Source: Candidatus Dormiibacterota bacterium (GTDB lineage Bacteria > Chloroflexota > Dormibacteria > Aeolococcales > Aeolococcaceae). Taken from it: 64,000 nt of DNA. How positions within the stretch are numbered: position 1 is the stretch's first letter; each line of letters begins with the position of its first letter. Below the pieces are notes generated by a model. That model saw only the letters and a program-made list of their open reading frames with translations. It was not told the origin of the DNA and did no database searches. The position numbers were made by a program, and so were the translations under genes. The DNA lies in the NCBI GenBank assembly GCA_963709585.1, contig CAVPXI010000014.1:256001-320000 (forward strand). Reading direction: 5' to 3'. Below are positions 1 through 9,040 of this stretch, one piece after another.

Positions 1-1081
1 GTCCGTAGCAGTGCGTGCCGTTCTCCTGCTCGCGCCATCCGAGGTGATCGTCCGCCGTCCTCCAGTGCAGCGGGCGCGACGGCTCGAGCGCGAACGTGAG
101 CCTGGACGCCACCTCGGCGCGAAACCAGTCGATACCGCGATCCGCGATCAGGTACTTGAGCCGCGCATGACGCCGATCGGTGCGATCACCGTAGTCTCGC
201 TGCACCGCGACCACCGCACGAGCAGCCTCGACAACATGCTCCGGTCGCACGTACGCGAGCGGCCGCGCCACCGCCGGCCAGGTGTTCGGCTTGTTCGCGG
301 TGCGGCCGAGGCCGCCACCGGCGAGCAGATCGAATCCGGTGAGGTCGCCGTCGTCGTTTGCGTGGGCAACCAACCCGAGATCGTTGGCGTAGATGTCGAC
401 GCAGTTGTCGCCCTCGACCGCGATCGCGGTCTTGAATTTGCGCGGCAGGTACCGCTCGCCGTAGAGCGTGTCCGGTGGATCCGGTTGATTCGACGCGGCG
501 AGCTCGCCGTCGAGCCAGATCTCACAGTACGCACGCGTGGTCGGGGTGAGTCCGCTCACGAGTGCCGCCAGCGCGCGGTTGATCTCGCTGTGCAGACGAT
601 CGCTCCACGGCGCCGGGCAGGACATGATGTTCCGCTCCTGGTCGCCGCATCCGCCCAGCGTGGTGAGCAGCGACTCGTTGATGGCGCGGATCGCGCGCTT
701 GAGGTCGCCCTTGAGCACCCCGTGCAGCTGCAGGTCCTGACGGGTGGTGATCCGCAGCGTGCCGTTTCCCCACGCGCCGGCGATGTCGTCGTGTGCGAGA
801 TAGGCGTCGGGGCTGACGATGCCGCCCGGGATTCGCGTGCGGATCATCGTCATGTGGTGCTTGTCGAGGCCGAGCTTCCGCGCCTCCTTGCGCAGGTCAC
901 GATCGTCCTGCTGATACACGCCGTGGAACTTGAGGATGACTTCCGCGTCGTCGCTGAAGACCGCCGTGTCCTCGAGCAACTCCTCGCCGAGGCTGCCGCG
1001 AAGACGGTTGCTCCGGGCCTTGACCTGCTCGGCGCCCGACATGCGCTCGAGCTCGGTGGTGCAGCCGCACGCATCGCACAT
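1..1081 (-). CDS. sir: Sulfite reductase siroheme/Fe-S hemoprotein (Sir/CysI family), 5' part; runs off the window
   Basis: Not in the ORF track because it has no stop in the window. Manual translation from ATG at 1081 gives MCDACGCTTELERMSGAEQVKARSNRLRG...KFHGVYQQDDRD...GCGDQERNIMSCPAP...YLPRKFKTAI...RHARLKYLIADRGIDWFRAEV, all typical Sir/CysI motifs. GGGAG lies upstream of the ATG. Confidence 0.92.
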   Translation of the reverse strand, partial: MCDACGCTTELERMSGAEQVKARSNRLRGSLGEELLEDTAVFSDDAEVILKFHGVYQQDDRDLRKEARKLGLDKHHMTMIRTRIPGGIVSPDAYLAHDDIAGAWGNGTLRITTRQDLQLHGVLKGDLKRAIRAINESLLTTLGGCGDQERNIMSCPAPWSDRLHSEINRALAALVSGLTPTTRAYCEIWLDGELAASNQPDPPDTLYGERYLPRKFKTAIAVEGDNCVDIYANDLGLVAHANDDGDLTGFDLLAGGGLGRTANKPNTWPAVARPLAYVRPEHVVEAARAVVAVQRDYGDRTDRRHARLKYLIADRGIDWFRAEVASRLTFALEPSRPLHWRTADDHLGWREQENGTHCYG

Positions 1082-1262
1082 GATCAGACCGACTCCCGGT
1101 CTGCATGCGGTCGGAAAGGGCTTGGTGTTCCGGGCATTTGCGTTGTGTTGTGACCTGTGCTCGCACGCGCGGCTGTCGCGCGCGAATGGGTTTGCACTGT
1201 TCTGGCGCGGCACGCCGGCCGCGATGTGTCGGCGAGGCACCGGAGGTGCCTCAGCGCGAGTA

Positions 1263-1352
1263 CTAGCCGCTACAGTGGGCGATGCCCGAACGGATACGTC
1301 CCCAGTCGAGCCAGAACCGCCGGGTGAGTGTAGGGAGATCCGCGCCGTTCAT
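1263..1352 (-). CDS. Putative leader peptide (29 aa, MNGADLPTLTRRFWLDWGRIRSGIAHCSG) upstream of the sulfite reductase
   Basis: ATG lies 10 nt after a TAGGAT -10 box (1368-1363). It has a C-terminal Cys and resembles recalled actinobacterial sulfur-operon leader peptides. An 8-bp hairpin follows at 1234-1252. Confidence 0.6.
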   Translation of the reverse strand: MNGADLPTLTRRFWLDWGRIRSGIAHCSG

Positions 1353-1384
1353 CTGGCTGCACATCCTACGGAATCCCCACTCGT

Positions 1385-1744
1385 CTAGTCAACTTTCGTA
1401 TTCACGTTCGCGCCGTCGGTGACGAAATCGACCTCGGTGAAGAAGCACGTGCGCTCGCCCGTATGGCACGCGGGGCCGTCGGGATGAACGTTGAGCAGCA
1501 CCGCATCACCGTCACAGTCGATGCGAACCGCTCGCACGTGCATGATGTTCCCGCTGGTCTCGCCCTTCTCCCACAAGCGCTGCCGCGAGCGGCTGAAGAA
1601 CGTCGCGCGGCCGGTGCGAAGCGTCGCTTCCCACGCGTCGCGATTCATGTGCGCGACCATCAGCACCTCCGACGTCGTCGCATTCTGCACGACCGCCGTG
1701 ACCAGCCCGTCGTCGCCGAACCGCGGCCGGATGGGGTCGGTCAC
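1385..1744 (-). CDS. hisI: Phosphoribosyl-AMP cyclohydrolase
   Basis: [20 protein letters not shown] and [10 protein letters not shown] motifs; no HisE domain. Confidence 0.95.
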   Translation of the reverse strand: MTDPIRPRFGDDGLVTAVVQNATTSEVLMVAHMNRDAWEATLRTGRATFFSRSRQRLWEKGETSGNIMHVRAVRIDCDGDAVLLNVHPDGPACHTGERTCFFTEVDFVTDGANVNTKVD

Positions 1745-2499
1745 AAGCGGACCTCCACCCCATGATCGTGCAGGTAGCGCTTGGTCTCGGGGACGGGATA
1801 GGCGTCGAAGTGAAAGATGGATGCGGCAAGCGCCGCGGCGGCGCCCGCGCCGGCCAGCACGCCGCGCAGGTGCTCGGGGTTGCCGGCGCCACCACTGGCG
1901 ATCACGGGCACGTCAACGGCCGCCACCACCTCTGCGGTCAGGTCGAGGTCGTACCCGTTCCTGGTCCCGTCCTGGTCCATCGACGTCAGCAGGATCTCGC
2001 CGGCACCGCGTTCGGCGGCTTCACGCGCCCAGTCCACCGCCATCCGCCCGGTGGCGTGACGCCCGCCGCGCGAGTACACCTCGTGACCACTCCCCCTTCG
2101 CCTCGCATCGATCGCGATCACGACGCACTGGCACCCGAACCGGCTCGCGGCCGCCTCGATGAGCGCCGGATCCTCGAGCGCCGCCGTGTTGATGGACACC
2201 TTGTCGGCACCGGCGCGGAGCAGGACGTCGATATCCGCGATGCTGCGTACGCCGCCGCCGACGGTCAGCGGGATGAACACCCGGTCGGCGGTTCGTTGCA
2301 CGGCGTCGAGCAGGATCGCGCGCCCGTCACTCGACGCGGTGATGTCGAGGAACACGAGCTCGTCCGCCCGGTCCTCGTCATACCGGGCCGCGAGCTCGGC
2401 CGGGTCACCCGCATCGCGCAGGTCGACGAATGCGACGCCCTTCATCACCCGGCCCGCAACGACGTCGAGGCATGGGATGACCCGCTTGGCGAGGGTCAT
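1741..2499 (-). CDS. hisF: Imidazole glycerol phosphate synthase cyclase subunit
   Basis: [38 protein letters not shown]; the start overlaps the hisA stop (ATGA). Confidence 0.96.
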   Translation of the reverse strand: MTLAKRVIPCLDVVAGRVMKGVAFVDLRDAGDPAELAARYDEDRADELVFLDITASSDGRAILLDAVQRTADRVFIPLTVGGGVRSIADIDVLLRAGADKVSINTAALEDPALIEAAASRFGCQCVVIAIDARRRGSGHEVYSRGGRHATGRMAVDWAREAAERGAGEILLTSMDQDGTRNGYDLDLTAEVVAAVDVPVIASGGAGNPEHLRGVLAGAGAAAALAASIFHFDAYPVPETKRYLHDHGVEVRL

Positions 2500-3230
2500 G
2501 AGGCGGCGCTCTCGACCGCCCGCATCGCGAGCGCGAGGTCGACCCGACCTTCGTAGAGCGCCTTGCCGACGATGACCCCGGCCGCTCCGGCGGCGGCGCA
2601 GGCGGTGATGTCGTCGAGGCTTCCGATACCCCCCGAGGCGATCACCGGCCCGCCGTACAGCTCGAGACAGCTGCGCAGCCCGTCGAGGTCGGGACCGGCG
2701 AGCAACCCGTCTCGCGCCGTGTCGGTGTACACGACACCCGCGGCGGGCCACGTTCGCCATTCGCGGAGCAGCTCTGCCGCCGTGGCTCCGTCCTCGGTCC
2801 ATCCCTCCACCCGCGCGACGCCGGCGCGAACGTCGAGGCTGAGAAGGACGTGGCCGTGCGCGGCAACGCAGATCGCGATCGCAAGGTCCGGGTTTCTCGC
2901 GGCCACGCTGCCCACGATGACCAGCGAAGCGCCGGCGTCCAGCCAGCGCGCGGCTGCGTCGATGTCGCGAATGCCGCCTCCGACCTGCACCGCGCAGCCG
3001 GCCGCGACCGAAACCGCGACCATGCGCGCGACCGCGGCAACGCTGTCCGGCGCCGCCAATCCTCGAGCCGCGTCGAGATTCACCACGTGCAGGCGCGCAG
3101 CACCTGCATCGATGAATCTCCGGGCCGCAACCACCGGGTCAGCCGCGTAGACGGTCGCCTGCGCACGATCACCCTGCCGGAGCCGCACGCACCGGCCGCC
3201 CTGCACATCAACAGCGGGGATCACGTCCAT
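2496..3230 (-). CDS. hisA: ProFAR isomerase
   Basis: [38 protein letters not shown]. Confidence 0.95.
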   Translation of the reverse strand: MDVIPAVDVQGGRCVRLRQGDRAQATVYAADPVVAARRFIDAGAARLHVVNLDAARGLAAPDSVAAVARMVAVSVAAGCAVQVGGGIRDIDAAARWLDAGASLVIVGSVAARNPDLAIAICVAAHGHVLLSLDVRAGVARVEGWTEDGATAAELLREWRTWPAAGVVYTDTARDGLLAGPDLDGLRSCLELYGGPVIASGGIGSLDDITACAAAGAAGVIVGKALYEGRVDLALAMRAVESAAS

Positions 3231-3233
3231 GAC

Positions 3234-3878
3234 TCACCCCGCGCGCTGCGCGGGCACGCGCGCCGCGCACATCGAGACGAAGTTCGCGTACACCCGCAAC
3301 CCCGCGGCACCACTCTTCTCAGGGTGAAACTGCGTGCCCATCACCGAGCCTCGTTCGACGGCAGCGACCAGGTCGTCACCGTATGCGGTCACCGCGACAG
3401 TGTCACCCGGCTCGGACACCGCGGCGTACGAATGCACGAAATACATGTAGGCACCGGACGCGACACCGTCGAGCAGTGCTGACTCCCGCAGGGTCGTGAT
3501 CGTGTTCCAGCCCATGTGGGGCACCTTGAGCCCGCCGCTTGGTGACAGCTCGACGACGTGTCCGCGCAGCAGTGCCAGGCCCTCGCCGCCGTGCCCCTCA
3601 TCACTGCCATCGAAGAGCAGCTGGTGCCCGAGGCACACGCCGAGCACTGGCCGGTCGCGCCGCGCCAGCTCGCGCACCGCGTGGCCGAGACCCGTATCCG
3701 ACAAGGCTCGCGCGGCAACCGAGAACGCACCGACCCCCGGGAGCACCACGCCGTCGCACGCGAGGATCGTGCCCGGGTCAGCGCTGATGACCGGCTCCGC
3801 GCCGGCGACCTGGAGCGCGCGCTCGACGCTGCGCAGGTTGCCGACCCCGTAGTCGCAGACTCCGACGCGCGGGGTCAC
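3234..3878 (-). CDS. hisH: Imidazole glycerol phosphate synthase glutaminase subunit
   Basis: DYGVGNLRSV, GVCLG, PHMGWN, YFVHSY, QFHPEKS. Confidence 0.96.
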   Translation of the reverse strand: MTPRVGVCDYGVGNLRSVERALQVAGAEPVISADPGTILACDGVVLPGVGAFSVAARALSDTGLGHAVRELARRDRPVLGVCLGHQLLFDGSDEGHGGEGLALLRGHVVELSPSGGLKVPHMGWNTITTLRESALLDGVASGAYMYFVHSYAAVSEPGDTVAVTAYGDDLVAAVERGSVMGTQFHPEKSGAAGLRVYANFVSMCAARVPAQRAG

Positions 3879-4465
3879 AGCGTCCCTTTCGTCGACGGCA
3901 CCCCACCACCCACGACGCGAAACGCCTCGCGCGTGGCGAGGCCGAGCGCCTTGAATGCGGCTTCGGCGATGTGATGGAGGTTGTCGCCGCGGATGCAGTC
4001 CAGGTGGATGGTGGCGCCGGCCGCCTGCGCATAGCCCTTGACGAATTCGGCGATGACCTCCACGTCGAAATCATTGATGCGTCCGTGCAGCGGCTCCATC
4101 GCGTAGACGACGTGTGGGCGGCGCCCGTAGTCGACGACACAGCGCACCAGTGACTCGTCGAGGGGCGCGTGCGCCTCCCCGAATCGCCTGATGCCGTCAC
4201 GGTCGCCGAGCGCGTCGCTCACCGCCGCCCCGAGCACGAGGCCGACGTCCTCCACCAGGTGGTGCGCGTCGACGTCGATGTCACCGGCGCCCTCGAGCGC
4301 GACGTCCATGCCGCTGTACTTGGTGAACGCTTCGATCATGTGCTTGAAGAACGGCAGTGGCAAGGAGATCGCGGCGATGCCGGTGCCGTCGATGGTCACG
4401 TCCGCGCTGATCTGCGTCTCACGCGTGTCCCGCCGTATCGTGGCGGTGCGCAACCCCGACTTCAT
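3875..4465 (-). CDS. hisB: Imidazoleglycerol-phosphate dehydratase
   Basis: RDTRETQI, DAHHLVED, NLHHIAEAAFKA, VPSTKGTL; ATG at 4465 overlaps the hisD stop. Confidence 0.96.
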   Translation of the reverse strand: MKSGLRTATIRRDTRETQISADVTIDGTGIAAISLPLPFFKHMIEAFTKYSGMDVALEGAGDIDVDAHHLVEDVGLVLGAAVSDALGDRDGIRRFGEAHAPLDESLVRCVVDYGRRPHVVYAMEPLHGRINDFDVEVIAEFVKGYAQAAGATIHLDCIRGDNLHHIAEAAFKALGLATREAFRVVGGGVPSTKGTL

Positions 4466-5805
4466 GGCTCCCGCGCGACGCGCATCCGAGCGCGAATCGC
4501 TCCCTCGTGCGCGGCCAGTCCCTCGGCCTCGGCGAGGCAGATCGCCACCGGCGCCAGCGCATCGAACTCGGCGTCCGAGAGATGCACGACGCTCGGCCAT
4601 CGGACGAAGTCCATCACCGCGAGCGGTCCTCGATATCGAGCGGCCCCCTGGGTCGGCAGGGTGTGGTTCGGACCGGCGACGTAGTCTCCAATGCTCACCG
4701 GGGACATCGACCCGACGAACACCGCGCCCGCGTTGCGCACCGAGGCGCGCAGCGATTCCGCGGCGGCCCCCTGGAGCGAGAGATGCTCGGGGGCGAAGGC
4801 GGCCGCGAGCGTGACCATCTCCTCGGGGGACGTGCAGCGCACCACCGCCGCATGCCTGCCCGCCGCGATGCCGATGATCGCCTGCCGCACCGCATCGCCG
4901 GCGATACCGGCGAACCGTGTGGCGATCGACTCGGCGAGCACGGCGTCGTCGGTGAGACACACTGCCCAGGCGAGCGGATCGTGCTCGAGCTGCGACACCA
5001 GATCGGCGGCGACCATCTCGGGATCCGCCCCGGCGGTGGCGATGACGACGATCTCGCTCGGTCCGGCAAGCTGATCGATGCCCACGGCACCGAACACCTC
5101 GTGCTTCGCCAGGGTCACGAACGCGTTGCCGGGCCCCACGATCTTGTCCACCCTATCGATGCTCTCGGTGCCGAAAGCGAGCGCCGCGATCGCCTGCGCG
5201 CCACCAGCGGCGACCAGCTCGCGCACGCCGAGCAGATGCGCCGCGGCCGCGACCAGGGGATGGACCCCACCGCTCGGTGCCGGTGGGCTGGCGACCACGA
5301 TGCGCTCGACCCCCGCAACCTGTGCGGGGATCACCGACATGAGCACGGTGCTCGGGTAGGCAGCGCGGCCGCCTGGCACGTAGCAGCCGACGCGACCGAG
5401 CGGCACCGGGTGCAGCCATGCGCCGCCCGCGCCGCGATCGAGCACGTCAACCTGCAGCGCGTGGAACTCGCGGAGCCGCTGCGCCGCGGCGGTGAGCGCA
5501 TTGCGCAGCGGTTGCCCGAGCCCATCCCATGCCGCCTTCATGGTCGCGCGATCGACGTGGACCGCCTCGACGTCGACACCATCGATCCGGTACGTCCACT
5601 CGCGCAGCGCCGCGTCCCCGCGGGCACGGACATCGGCGATGATCTCGCGCACCGCGTCGCGCGCGTCGATCTCACGGTGAAAGAGTCGTTCGAGGCGCTC
5701 GGTGGTCGCCGGATCGATGTCGGTCGCGGAGAATCCCACGCGCTCGCGCCCGACGATGACGGCTCGGAACTGCGCTGGATCGAGAACGGCGAGCTCGATG
5801 GTCAT
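4462..5805 (-). CDS. hisD: Histidinol dehydrogenase
   Basis: YVPGGRAAYPSTVLM, GPGNAFV, IDQLAGPSE, QLEHD, APEHL, GDYVAGPNHTLPT. Confidence 0.96.
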   Translation of the reverse strand: MTIELAVLDPAQFRAVIVGRERVGFSATDIDPATTERLERLFHREIDARDAVREIIADVRARGDAALREWTYRIDGVDVEAVHVDRATMKAAWDGLGQPLRNALTAAAQRLREFHALQVDVLDRGAGGAWLHPVPLGRVGCYVPGGRAAYPSTVLMSVIPAQVAGVERIVVASPPAPSGGVHPLVAAAAHLLGVRELVAAGGAQAIAALAFGTESIDRVDKIVGPGNAFVTLAKHEVFGAVGIDQLAGPSEIVVIATAGADPEMVAADLVSQLEHDPLAWAVCLTDDAVLAESIATRFAGIAGDAVRQAIIGIAAGRHAAVVRCTSPEEMVTLAAAFAPEHLSLQGAAAESLRASVRNAGAVFVGSMSPVSIGDYVAGPNHTLPTQGAARYRGPLAVMDFVRWPSVVHLSDAEFDALAPVAICLAEAEGLAAHEGAIRARMRVAREP

Positions 5806-6456
5806 GCGGCACCTGCGGTGAGGCGCAGAGCTGCGGCGCGGCGGAGCGCGAGCGCGAGTGCCCCCACCGACTCATTGCGAGTTCTTGAGCGCCGCATGGT
5901 TGGCGATCAGTCGAGCGGTGGAAGTCCCCGCCTCGGCGATCTCGACCAGGTTGTTCGCCGCCAGCGTCCGTCCGGTCGCGGTGATGTCGAGCACGCAGTC
6001 GGCGAGGCCGGTCAGCGGCGCAAGCTCCACCGACCCGTGCAGACGGATCACGACGACGTTCAACGAACGCGCGGCGAAGAAGCGGCGCGCGGATACCGGA
6101 TATTTGGTCGCGACCCGCACCGCCTGCGGCCACACCCCACGCGCGAGCGCCGAATCGCGGGGAGCCGCGAGCACGAGGCGGCACTGACCGAAGCCGAGGT
6201 CGGCGAGCTCGTAGCATTCACGGCTGCTCTCCCAGAGCACGTCCTTGCCGACGATGCCGCATTCGCAGCCGCCCATCTCCACGTACACCGGCACATCTGT
6301 CGGGCGCACCTTCACATACACGTCGTCGCCGTCGCGAATGCTCAGCTCCCGGTCGAAACGCGCTGGATCGAGACGGGTGATCCCAGCCGCGTTGAGCAGG
6401 CCGCACGCGCTCTCGAACAGCGTTCCCCCAGGGAGCGCAACGCGCAAACCCTTCAC
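5802..6456 (-). CDS. hisG: ATP phosphoribosyltransferase, short form (probable 1-nt insertion near 5882)
   Basis: DVPVYVE, GIVGKDVLWE, VATKYP, GSVELAPLTGLAD, TGRTLAANNL. Removing one base at 5879-5884 extends the C-terminus (KTRNESVGALALALRRAAALRLTAGAA) to an ATGA overlap with hisD. Confidence 0.93.
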
Positions 6457-7700
6457 GGCACTCGCGCAACGAGCGCAGCCACCGCCGCGTCGACGGTGCC
6501 GTGCTGGTCACGTCCAAGGTGTGACCAGCGAGCACCGGAAGGGCTCACCCTGACGTCACCGTGACCTCCCGCGGCGAGATCGCACGCGCAGGCAACGCCA
6601 CGCCGGCGCAGGCCGCGGGCCAGTTCCAGCGCATCCGCATGCGCGCCGTCGTCCCAGCTGACCTGGAGCACATCGGGTGCGGCGAGCACGCCCGCGCGGC
6701 GCACGATGCTGTCCTGGCAGCGATCAACGTGAAGCACGAAGCCGGTTGCGGGGAGTGCGGCACCGAAGCGAGAGAGGAGCGTGTCGTACCGTCCCCCTGA
6801 CCCCAGCGCGAAGCCCGAGTCCTCGCTGAAGACTTCGAAGGTCGGTCCGGTGTAGTAGCCCCAGTCGCGGACCGCGCCGAGATCAAGGTGCACGCGATCG
6901 GTGATGGCGTGCGCGTCGAGCAGATCCCACAGCTGGGCAAGTTCCTGGAGCGCGCGATGCGGCCGTTCGCCGCGGAGTTCCCCGGCGGCGGTGTCGAGGA
7001 TGTCGCGGCCGCCGCGAAGCGTCGGAAACGCGAGCAGCAGGCGGCGCTCCGCGTCCGCGGCGTCGGTGCCGTCCAGCGCCGACTCGACCGCGACCAGGTC
7101 CCGGCGCGCGAGCGCGGCCAGCACCTCCTCGCGTGCGGTCGGGTCCAGCCCCGCGGAATCGAGCAGCCCGGGGATGAAGTCGGCGTGACCGACGTCGACC
7201 TGGATGTGCTCCACGCCACCGCGTTCGAGCGCCGCGGCGGCAAGCGCGATGCACTCGGCGTCGGCGGCCAGACCGCCGGCGCCGACAAGCTCGCATCCCG
7301 CCTGGAGGCTCTCGCGTCGCCGACCCGCGTTGAGCGCCTGATTGCGCAGCACCGAGCCGGCGTAGCAGAGGCGCAGTGGAAAAGGGCCGTCGTGGAGTTG
7401 GGTGGCGACCACGCGAGCCACACTCACCGTGCGCTCGCCCACGAGCGCGAGCAGCGCTCCATCCGAATCCATGAAGCGGAAGAGGGCCGACTGCTGGACG
7501 CCGCCGACACCTGCCGCGATGGTGTCCAGCGGCTCGATCAGCGGGGTGACCATGAAGCCGTAACCCCATGCCTCGAAGGTCTCGATGAGCCGATCGGTGA
7601 GCACCCGGCGGCGGCCGGCCGGACCGACGAGGTGATCGGCGAATCCATCGGCGCGCCCGCGAACCGATGCGCCGGGCGGCAGCGCGTCGAGGCCTGTCAT
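6453..7700 (-). CDS. hisZ: ATP phosphoribosyltransferase regulatory subunit
   Basis: HisRS-like paralog (PLRLCYAG, QAGCELVG, YYTG, GGRYD) next to a short-form hisG. Confidence 0.92.
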   Translation of the reverse strand: MTGLDALPPGASVRGRADGFADHLVGPAGRRRVLTDRLIETFEAWGYGFMVTPLIEPLDTIAAGVGGVQQSALFRFMDSDGALLALVGERTVSVARVVATQLHDGPFPLRLCYAGSVLRNQALNAGRRRESLQAGCELVGAGGLAADAECIALAAAALERGGVEHIQVDVGHADFIPGLLDSAGLDPTAREEVLAALARRDLVAVESALDGTDAADAERRLLLAFPTLRGGRDILDTAAGELRGERPHRALQELAQLWDLLDAHAITDRVHLDLGAVRDWGYYTGPTFEVFSEDSGFALGSGGRYDTLLSRFGAALPATGFVLHVDRCQDSIVRRAGVLAAPDVLQVSWDDGAHADALELARGLRRRGVACACDLAAGGHGDVRVSPSGARWSHLGRDQHGTVDAAVAALVARVP

Positions 7701-7709
7701 GCGGGGATT

Positions 7710-8777
7710 CTACGTGCGACTCAGGATTGACCCGTCGAGATCCGAGATCGCGGCGAGCAGGCGATCGGTCGCCGCGGCGTCGCCGACGGTGATCCTCAGA
7801 GCGCCCTCCAGGCCGGGAACCGCGAAGTGGCGGACGAGGATCCGCGCATCCCGGAGGCGGGTTGCGATCGCGGCCGCGCTGACCCCCGAAGGCGGCGACG
7901 CGAACACGAAATTCGCATCCGAGGGCGGAACCGTCCATCCGAGTCCACGAAGTCGATCGCTCATGCGCGCGCGCTCGCGGAGCACCGTTTCGACGATGAG
8001 ACGGTGATGCGCCTGATCCTCGAGTGCCGCGATCGCCCCGGCGATCGCACAGCGATCCACGGGGTACGAGTTGCGCACCGCGTTGAGGTCGGCGACCACC
8101 GCCTGGTCGCCGAGTGCGTATCCAACCCGAAGGCCCGCGAGCGCATGCGACTTCGACAGCGTCCGGACAACCAGCCAGTTCGTGTGCGCGGCAAGGAGCG
8201 GGACGCACGAGGCCGGCGCGAAATCGCAGTAGGCCTCGTCGATCGCGACCACACCTCCGGCCTCGCGCAGCCGGGTCTCCAGGATCGCGGGCGGGGTCCA
8301 GTGTCCGGTCGGTGCGTTCGGATTGACGACGACACGGAGAACGGCATGCCGGAGGGCGAACTCCGCCGGCAGCGAGCCGTCAGGGTCGAGCTCAACCGGA
8401 TCGTCGCGGATCGAGAAGAGCGCCGCCAGCACCGGAAGCAGCGAGTACCCGGGCTCGGTGCGCACGACCGTGTCGCCCGGCGATGCGAACGCGCGAAAGC
8501 AGCAGTCGAGCACCTGGTCGGCACCGTTGGCGACGAACACCTGCTCCGGCTCGACGCGATGCCGGCGGGCGAGCGTGCTCCGCAAGGGCTCGGCGACCGG
8601 GCTCGGATAGCGAGCCAGGTCGGCGGCCGCGGCGGCGACGGCCGCGGCCACCGTCGCCGACGGTGGAAGCGGCGACTTGTTGCTGTTGAGCTTCAGCCAG
8701 CCGCCCGCATCCGACGGCTGCTCGCCCGGCGTGTATCCGAAATCGGCACCGAGCGATGCACGCAGGAACCTCGACAC
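7710..8777 (-). CDS. hisC: Histidinol-phosphate aminotransferase
   Basis: NGAD, NPNAPTG, IDEAY, RTLSKSHALAGLRVGY (PLP lysine), LRITVG. The start may be the ATG at 8811 if there is a 1-nt indel. Confidence 0.94.
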   Translation of the reverse strand: MSRFLRASLGADFGYTPGEQPSDAGGWLKLNSNKSPLPPSATVAAAVAAAAADLARYPSPVAEPLRSTLARRHRVEPEQVFVANGADQVLDCCFRAFASPGDTVVRTEPGYSLLPVLAALFSIRDDPVELDPDGSLPAEFALRHAVLRVVVNPNAPTGHWTPPAILETRLREAGGVVAIDEAYCDFAPASCVPLLAAHTNWLVVRTLSKSHALAGLRVGYALGDQAVVADLNAVRNSYPVDRCAIAGAIAALEDQAHHRLIVETVLRERARMSDRLRGLGWTVPPSDANFVFASPPSGVSAAAIATRLRDARILVRHFAVPGLEGALRITVGDAAATDRLLAAISDLDGSILSRT

Positions 8778-8832
8778 GGCGTGATCAGGACGATGCCGTT
8801 GCGCTCTGCATGGGTGGCGAAAGGATAGGTGG

Positions 8833-8862
8833 TTGACGCGATGGATCGACCGCTGCTACGCT
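8833..8862 (+). promoter_or_regulatory. Sigma70-type promoter of the lysine operon
   Basis: TTGACG (8833-8838), 18-nt spacer, TACGCT (8857-8862) with an extended -10 TG at 8854-8855. Confidence 0.75.
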
Positions 8863-8872
8863 GCACCCCGTC

Positions 8873-8950
8873 ATGCAGACGTCCGCGCGCCTCGCTAAAA
8901 AAGCCGTCTCGCTCCCGAGGAGTGGGTTCCTTTGCGCACGGATGAGGTGA
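8873..8950 (+). CDS. Lysine-operon leader peptide (MQTSARLAKKAVSLPRSGFLCARMR)
   Basis: Tandem AAA AAA Lys codons (8897-8902) in an AAG-preferring genome, lying between the promoter and an attenuator hairpin. Confidence 0.8.
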   Translation: MQTSARLAKKAVSLPRSGFLCARMR

Positions 8951-8983
8951 CGGCGACCAGTTAGCACCGGATCAGATTCCGCG

Positions 8984-9018
8984 AAGAGCCCCTTCCTCGA
9001 AGGGGCTCTTTTCTTTTG
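8984..9018 (+). terminator. Attenuator (intrinsic terminator) ahead of homocitrate synthase
   Basis: AAGAGCCCCTTC-CTC-GAAGGGGCTCTT (12-bp perfect stem) followed by TTCTTTT. An alternative antiterminator pairs 8924-8936 with 8980-8991. Confidence 0.88.
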
Positions 9019-9040
9019 TCCACCAGCACATTCGGAAGAC

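Noticed and set aside
11-1153. 380-aa plus-strand ORF, and similar long antisense ORFs such as 4507-6564, 33820-35751, 37600-39057 and 57093-59474
   Set aside because: Shadow ORFs opposite clearly recognisable genes, as expected at this GC content; no family motifs.
8778-8830. His-codon leader peptide for the his operon
   Set aside because: The only short ORF (MQSATASS) has no His codons and no terminator follows it.
8870-9040. Lysine riboswitch or T-box upstream of hcs
   Set aside because: No L-box core motifs and no UGGNACC T-box bulge; the leader-peptide attenuator explains the region.
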